Part shown: positions 57,127-64,000 of the stretch, in pieces
Layout of the letters: the number at the start of each line of letters is the position of its first letter
Numbering within the stretch: position 1 is the first letter of the stretch
Assembly (NCBI GenBank): GCA_004431415.1
Contig: QPMI01000686.1
Location: 35,478 to 99,477, forward strand
Reading direction: 5' to 3'
From: Cyanophora paradoxa CCMP329
Taxonomy: Eukaryota; Plantae; Glaucophyta
DNA length: 64,000 bases
Notes under the pieces: generated by a model
What the model saw: only the letters and a program-made list of their open reading frames with translations
Told to the model about the DNA's origin: nothing
The model's database searches: none
Position numbers and translations under genes: made by a program

Positions 57127-59165
57127 TTCCACTGAGTCGAGCCGCTCGTACCATGTACCCCAGTCAGTAGTCTTGCTGTACCTCCGGGACCGCACCACGG
57201 CTCCCAATACAGCCCACCACCCTCGGGGCAATCTCGCGTGTAGCGCACGGGCTGGGAGCACAGCTGGCAGCCACAGCACAGCAGAGCGGGCCCAACAACA
57301 CCAATAATACCCTCGCCGGGACAGCCCTGCCCCGTCGACGGACGCTGCGGACGTCGATGCGCCGGTGGAGAGTCCGTGGATTCTGCATGGTGGAGAGTGC
57401 GCGCGATCGCTGGACTACGAAAAGGAGGGACGATCGGCACGGAGGCCGAATCTTCAAAAGCGGAGGGAGGAGAAGAAGATGGCGATCCCAACCGCGACCG
57501 CAGCGATGTGCTCGTCAGCAGCAGCACCGGGTGATGCCCGCGACCGGCCCTCGCTCGCGCGCTGGACCGCGTCGGACCGTCGGGTGATTCCCGTGCCGCC
57601 TGCAGCAGCCTTGGCAGCTGGGTGATTCCAGCGTAATCCGTGCGGCCTGATCGAGAGCTGGTGCTCTTTCCACGTCGATCAGCGCAATCGCGCATCGGAG
57701 GCCGGTGATTCCGGCATGACCTCGGCTTGCGTACCTCAGCGACCCAGCACGCCGCGCTCCGCGCGCATGAGCAAGGGCGCCAAAGGCGAGCGCTGTCTGC
57801 GAGTGCTGCGCGTCCCGGGAGTCCGCCCAACCAGACCGGCGCGCACTTGGCCGCGATCGCCCGGACCTGCGCATACGGACTGGAGGCGGCGATCAAGCTA
57901 CATCTCCACGCTGAAGATACGCTCTCTCTCGTTCTTTCCGTCGCATTAGCAGCTCGCCCCCCCGAGAGTCGCTCTTAGAAGGGAACCATCTATGCGTGTC
58001 CCGCGACTCGGCTACCCATGCCAGTCGCCTTGAGAGTCTATGAGCCTTGAGAGTCTATCTTGCTTCCGACTGAGAGTCTGTCGCAACCGACTGGGAGTCC
58101 GGCCCCGCGCCGTTCAGTCGTGACCCTTATCGCTGTCCGATGGCCCACGGATGATGTATCCGATGCGGCGTTGCCCCTTCCAATCCCGGATGATGTATCC
58201 GATGAGTCGCATAGCCTGCCATGGCCCGTTGGAGCCCCGAAGAGAGTTGCCTCGCCGGTCCCGAGCTGCTAGCCTCCCGCCTGAGTGATGGCCCTGCGGA
58301 AGGATGGCTCTGACCGATCCTCTTGCTGTCTTGCTCAGATGCGGTCACTCGCAATCGAGGCTTCAAGATGACCAGACTTACCTTGCGTGCCGCGCGTCAC
58401 ACCCGTCTTTACGATGGCCGTGATTGCCCGAGCCGCCCTCCCGTCGCTGACGTGCTGTACCCCGACGTCGATGTCCCCGGGCCCTGCCCCCTTGCATCCT
58501 TTGCCGTTCTCCATTCCTCTTTTGAGTCTTCCATTTCCTTTCCCGTCGGGTGGTGGTTTTCTGCCTGGTCTCTTGCTGTGGGATGCAAGTGCCGGTGCCT
58601 CTCTGTATGGCCCCCAGGGTCCCATCAGTGGCTTGGCCTCTTCAGACCTCACGCCTCGCTGCTGCCCTGGATAGCGGGTTCTTTCTCATCCCTGTCCTTT
58701 CTCGTGCAGTTTCGTAGTGGCTTCATCCTTACCAGTGAGGGAGATCCCCCCGGGTAGCTTTCACCTTACCAGTGAGGGAGATCCCTGTACCCCTCGTTCC
58801 CTTGGCGTACCCTCGATCTTTCGGACGGCCCTTGAGAGTTGTACCCTTCTGGCCCTTGGTTCATTGCCAGGCCTAGGCGTTTTCCGTCCCGGCCCCGACC
58901 ACGTGGGCGTAGTCGTTGCCGTTCCGATGTGGACCACGTGGACGTGGTCTTACCAGTGAGGGAGATGTTGCCAGCCTGGTTTCCACTGAGTCGAGCCGCT
59001 CGTACCATGTACCCCAGTCAGTAGTCTTGCTGTACCTCCGGGACCGCACCACGGCTCCCAATACAGCCCACCACCCTCGGGGCAATCTCGCGTGTAGCGC
59101 ACGGGCTGGGAGCACAGCTGGGCAGCCACAGCACAGCAGAGCGGGCCAACACACCAATAATAATA
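57127..59165 (+). mobile_element. Non-autonomous or degenerate LTR-like element with about 185-bp direct repeats; left repeat cut by the Ginger TIR
   Basis: 57127-57309 is nearly identical to 58981-59165. The right copy is preceded by purine-rich AGTGAGGGAGA then TGTTG (PPT + TG-like start). No recognisable gag/pol or PBS. Confidence 0.6.
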
Positions 59166-59590
59166 TCGATGCATATGCCGTATACGTAGCCAAAGCTTAA
59201 AAATTAAGCGATGACCGGCGCCGCCAGGTTCAGCGCTGGCGCCAGCTGCAGCGCTAGCGCCGGCCGTGACGTCGACCGCGGCGCCGACGCCTGCGCCGCG
59301 GCGCCCGGCCCATGCACATTATCATCTTCCTCGCTGAGTCGAGCTCCCACTCCGCCTAGAGGCTATAGCTCGCTACAGGCGCCCCGCGCCCGGCCCAGCT
59401 CAGGGCATGCGCAAGATCTAGATCTAGAGCCCCTAGGCCTAGGCCTGTCGAGTACTGATCCTCCCGCCGGCCCCCCTCCAGCTCCGCCGGCCCCTGGCGG
59501 CCTCGCTGTGCCGCCGGAGTGCTGCTAGCGATGACGTGCACATGGAAGCGTTCGAGGCAAGTGCCTTGGGTGGAGAGGACGGGGCGGGGC

Positions 59591-61220
59591 CTAGTCGCGC
59601 CAGGTGCCGGCGAAGACCTCGGCGGCCGGCCCCGTCTTGTACACGCAGTTGTCCCCCTCGTCCCACTCGAGCTCGAGGTCGCCGCCGAGCAGGTGATCCC
59701 CACGGAGCGCTCCGTGCGCCCGTGAGGACGCCGGCCACGCACACCGCCGACGCCCCCGTCCCGCACGCCAGCGTCTCCCCGACCCCGCTCCCACGTCCGC
59801 TGGATCAGCTTCGTGGGGCTCACCACCTGCGCCCCGGCGGCTCGGGCGGGGCGGGGGGCCGGGGCGGGGGGCGGGGCCGGGGGCGCGCCTGGACGACTCG
59901 ACGTTGACGCGGTTGGGGAAGAGCGCGTGGTTCTCGATCTTGGGGCCCACCTGCGCCCGCCCTCAGCGCCCGCCGGCGCGCCCGAGCGGCGGGCGGGGGG
60001 GCGGACGGTGGTGACGGGGAAGTTGGCGGCGTCGTCGACGAAGATGATGCAGTGCGGTTCCCCATGCTCACCGCCGTGTACCTGCCGGCCACGCTCGCCC
60101 CGCCCCGCCCGCCCGCCCGCCCGCCCCGCGCACCGGTACTCGACGCCGTCGATGACGAGCGGCTGGTCGACCATGCGCGCGCTCGCGTCTTCCCCGTCGC
60201 CGACTGCGCGCACGTCAGGCGGCGCGGGGCGGGGCGATGCGCGGGGGGCGGGGGGGCGGACCGGACATGGGGATGCGGGCGCGCTCGAGGATGGGCTCCC
60301 CCATCTTCACGCGGATCGCCGCCGCCTTCGTCGCGTCCCCCGCCTCCGGCGTCACCGTCACCGTGAGGATCCCCGCCCTGCCCGCCCCCGCCCCGTGAGG
60401 CGCCCCGGAGGGGGCGGCGGGGGCGGCGGCCCCGAGGGCGGACCCGGTCTCGATGGGAAGACGAGGTCGGTCTCCATGCGGCGGTCGAAGAGGAATTTCG
60501 CCACGCACCGCAGCCCGTTCCCGCACATCTCCGAGATGCTGCGCCCCGCCCTCGGCGAGACGGGGGGGGGGGGGGGGGTGGGGGCGGGGCGGGGCTCGGG
60601 GCGCGCCTCCCGTCGGCGTTGTGCATCTGCATGCGGTACTTGGCGCCGGGCTTGGTCGCCTTCTTGATGAAGATCACGCCGTCCCCGCCGATCCCCTGCG
60701 CCCCGCCTCAGCCGGCCCCCCGCAGCGGCCCCGCGTCGCGAGCGCGTGCCTTGTTGCGGTTGCTCATGACGATGGCCATCTGCTTCTCGACGTCCATGCC
60801 GGGCTCGCTCTTTGTCGCGTCGATGTAGACGTAGTCGTTGCCGATCCCGTGCATCTTCACGAACTCGACCTCGCCGAACGCTGCGCGCGCCTCGGCCGAC
60901 GCTCCCGCGAGCGGGCAGCCACGCAGCCCACGCACTCGTCTTGGCCGACATCATGACCACGCGGCATCCCCACCGCTGCGCCGCGCGGGCCTCGAACCGC
61001 CGCGCCCGATCGAATCTCGACGCCTGGCTGGCGCCCTCGAAGGCGTTCCGCCGCGCGACGAACGCGCCCTTCTTGCTCTCGCGCAGGGCGGAGGCGGGCC
61101 TCGCGCCCTGGACGGCCGCCTCATGGCCGACGCCGCGGCCGACGAACACGGGGATAGCTGCCGGCGAGGAATCAGCGGGATGGCAACGCGAGACACCGGA
61201 GTGAGCGAACCGAACGCCAT
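59591..61220 (-). CDS. dapF: Plastid-targeted diaminopimelate epimerase
   Basis: Transit peptide [12 protein letters not shown]...VVMMS; [11 protein letters not shown]; GIGGDGVI; [20 protein letters not shown]; HCIIFVDD; [13 protein letters not shown]; [15 protein letters not shown]; GGDLELEW; TGPAAEVF. Confidence 0.95.
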
Positions 61221-61470
61221 CTCAGCTGCGGGCCGCGGTATTCCTTCCACAGTACCGTGTCAGTGAGGCCAGGCCGGGTACAGAACTAATTGAGGTCAGA
61301 AGAGCCCACTCTCACAGCGCTCATTTGTCGGCCTCGCACCTCAGCGGCCCGTACGGCGCGGGCTTGTCTTCAGCGTGCTGCCTCGCAGCCTGCCCTCTCT
61401 GGAAGGTTCCACACCGTCACTCGCTTCATCCGCACCGGCCATCGGCGCCCATCGACGTACACATTGAAAG

Positions 61471-63155
61471 ATGGTGCGAGCTGCCACTGAATGAATCATA
61501 GCCTGCACAAGGCGTGCACGCTGTGGCGCCCGTCGTGGCACGTTTGAGGCGCGCTCATTGTGAGCCCGCGCACGCAGTTCGGGGGTATCTTCGGCGGCGG
61601 CGGGAACCCGTTCGGAGGGCCGATGGGAGGCTACGGTGGCGGCTACGCGGCTGGCGGCGTGTTCTCCCACCAGTACCGCGTCTACCCTGTCGTTATGATC
61701 GACAAGCCGCAGTGCGTCATTGCTGCCGCGCAACTCTGCCGGCCTCGAGCTGACTGCCGCACGTCGCCTGGCAGCCTTGAGAACGGAGACAAGAGTGCGC
61801 GCTTCGGGAGCTGGTCGACCACTTAGCTGACCCGCTGCTGACCCATCCTCGCGCTCGCAGTCATCATGCCGCCGTCGGCGCTGGACATGCTGGGTGCGGG
61901 GGCCGCGCGAGGCGGGCGCGGGGGCGTGCGCTGACGGGCGGGGCGCAGCGCACCTGCACATCAGCTACCCGATGCTTTTCGAGCTGACGAACCCGAAGCA
62001 GCCCGGGCGGAAGACGCACAGCGGCGTGCTCGAATTCGTCGCCGACGAGGGCGTCGTCTACCTCCCCTACTGGGTGCGCCCGGGCTACGACCGCGCGGGC
62101 CGGGGCGGCAAGGCGGTTGACGGGCGGGACAGATGATGCAGAACCTGCTGCTGGAGGAGGGGGCGATCATCAACATCAAGAGCGCGACGCTGCCGAAGGG
62201 CACCTTCGTGAAGTTCCAGCCCCAGACCAAGGACTTCCTCGACATCGCCAACCCCAAGGCGGTGTACGCGCGCCCCGGCCCGCCCCGGCGCGGCGGCGGC
62301 GGGGCGTGGGTGCGAGCGGTGCGCAGGCTGGAGACGACGCTGCGGCACTTCTCGGCGCTGACGAAGGGGGACACGGTGCGCCTGAACTACAACAACAAGG
62401 TCTTCAACCTCGACGTCCTCGAGACGAAGCCCCGCGACGCCATCTCCCTCATCGAGACCGACATCATCGTCCGCCGCCCCGCCCCGCCCTGCCCCGCCCG
62501 CCCGCCCGCCCGACACCGGCCGGCCAGGTCGACTTCGCGCCGCCCCTCGACTACGTCGAGCCGCCCCGCCCCGCGCCGGCCCCCGCCGCCTCGACCTCCC
62601 CGCCCCCGCCGGCGGCCTCATCTTCGGCTCCTCCGCACCCTCCCCAGCCCGCCGCGCCGCCGCCCGTGCGCCCCGCCCCGCCCGCCCTCGGGCCCGCGGG
62701 CGGGATGCGACGGGGCGGGGGCCTGGCGCGCAGGGGCGGCGAAGGCGGCGAAGAAGGAGGAGTCGGAGGAGGAGGAGGAGGAGAAGCCCAAGTTCGTCCC
62801 CTTCTCCGGCAGGTGCCCCCCGCCCCGCCCCGCCCCGCCCCCGCCTGCCCCCCCCCTCGCCTGAGGCCTGCGCAGCGGCAGCGTCTGGACGGGAAGCCGC
62901 CGGCGGGGCCCTCGGCGCCGGCCAAGTCGTCTCCGGCGGCCCCGGCGGCGGCGGCCACGCCGGTGGCCTCGGGGAGCGGGCGGCGGCGCCGCGCCGCGCT
63001 GCAGCGGGCGGCGAGCTTCGGGCAGCGCTCCACGACGCCGCACCTGAGCTTCAAGAAGAGCAAGGACGACGATTCGGCGAGGAGGACGAGGAGGACGAGG
63101 GATCCAAGCCCAAGTTCAAGCCCTTCGCAGCAAGGGCTACTCCCTCAAGGGCTAG
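61471..63155 (+). CDS. UFD1: Ubiquitin fusion degradation protein 1
   Basis: ATG-only first exon, then FGGIFGG; [15 protein letters not shown]; ISYPMLFEL; [25 protein letters not shown]; [12 protein letters not shown]; VDFAPPLDY; SHP-like [11 protein letters not shown] and KFKPF..KGYSL. TAG at 63153-63155. Confidence 0.96.
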
Positions 63156-63385
63156 GCGCCCCCTTGAGCCCCCGCCCGATCTCCGAATGTTGTACAGTAA
63201 AGTCCTTGCCATCCCGGCGCAGCGTGCCCGCGACCCGGCTGCAGCAACTGTCCCGCGCAGCCAAATCACGGTTGCAGCTCAAAGCTGCATCAGATTGGCC
63301 GGGCGTGGGTTGGACGGGGCTGGACTTCAGGCTTAATTATAAGCTTCGAATTCGATTTGCACTCTCGGTTAAGGTCACTGAGTCA

Positions 63386-63640
63386 GATCGTGAGCATGGT
63401 ATGATCATGAGCAAGCACGCCGAGGCTCTCGGGGCTTTACCCTTCGCGAGGACGCAGGGTCCGAGGACTAGAGCACACAGACGGAGAAGGTCGTGCCTGA
63501 AATCCATGTAAAACTGAAATTTGCAATCTCGGCATACATCGTGATCATGTATGAGCAAGCACGCCGAGGCTCTCGGGCCCCATCGGACGCAGGGGACCGA
63601 GGACTGGAGCACACAGAGGGAGTGGGTCTGGCCTGAAAAC
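63386..63640. repeat. Two diverged direct repeats of about 105-120 bp downstream of UFD1
   Basis: ATGAGCAAGCACGCCGAGGCTCTCGGG...GGACGCAGGG.CCGAGGACT.GAGCACACAG...GCCTGAAA occurs near 63407 and 63551. Confidence 0.8.
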
Positions 63641-64000
63641 TGATATCATATCAATCGATCAATTAGTCCAGCCTAGTAGTCGATGCGTAATCTGGATAGG
63701 GAGGGAAGGAACGTCCTCGGCGGGTTGGGAGAATGGGAGCGCTACGATCTGCCGTTCTACGTGTCCGCGTCGAAGATGAGCTGCTTTGGGGCCGCAGAGG
63801 CGCCGGATCGGCGAGGAGCCGACTCCCTGCACTCCGCATGCTGGGCATCGAGGGTCACAACGTGCCAGGAGATGCATAATTCGACGCACTCCACGCACCA
63901 GCTCTTGCATCTTGCAAAGCGCGGCGAGCGGACGGGATCGTCGCATCGGACCGCCTCCAAAGCCCGCGAAGCGCTCCAGGGGTCGCCGGCGACGCGCTGC

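Noticed and set aside
63757-64000. Possible 3' end of a minus-strand gene at the window edge
   Set aside because: Short, no recognisable motif, and truncated by the window boundary.

Overview
Very GC-rich, intron-dense eukaryotic nuclear DNA, most likely a glaucophyte alga such as Cyanophora. That assignment is inferred from plastid transit peptides with an early Phe (MAF...), short introns, many GC-AG donors and plastid-targeted DapF and CSP41a. Almost none of the long six-frame ORFs are real, so genes were rebuilt exon by exon. Many 1-nt indels in G/C runs look like long-read errors. Host genes: plastid TPR protein, centrin, a putative ciliary microtubule-inner protein, CSP41a, enolase-phosphatase E1 plus an inverted partial copy fused into a chimeric gene, a protein with three Rho-type RNA-binding OB folds, XRN1, a coiled-coil protein, a tetraspanin head-to-head with an SPT small-subunit-like gene, a soluble adenylyl cyclase-like STAND protein, a TPR/F-box/WD40 protein, DapF and UFD1. 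Mobile and repetitive DNA: a 686-bp hAT-type MITE with a perfect 8-bp TSD, a 151-bp satellite, an LTR-like remnant, and a 10.1-kb Ginger-type DNA transposon (46981-57124). The transposon is the most striking object. It encodes an intron-containing integrase-like transposase and a large convergent orphan gene. Introns of both genes carry arrays of CAACGC/GCGTTG phased at about 11 bp around a CAACGCWWGCGTTG palindrome, and the same hexamer sits at the inner end of both TIRs. This is a candidate transposon-encoded protein plus cognate cis-motif system, architecturally reminiscent of VANDAL/VANC anti-silencing.
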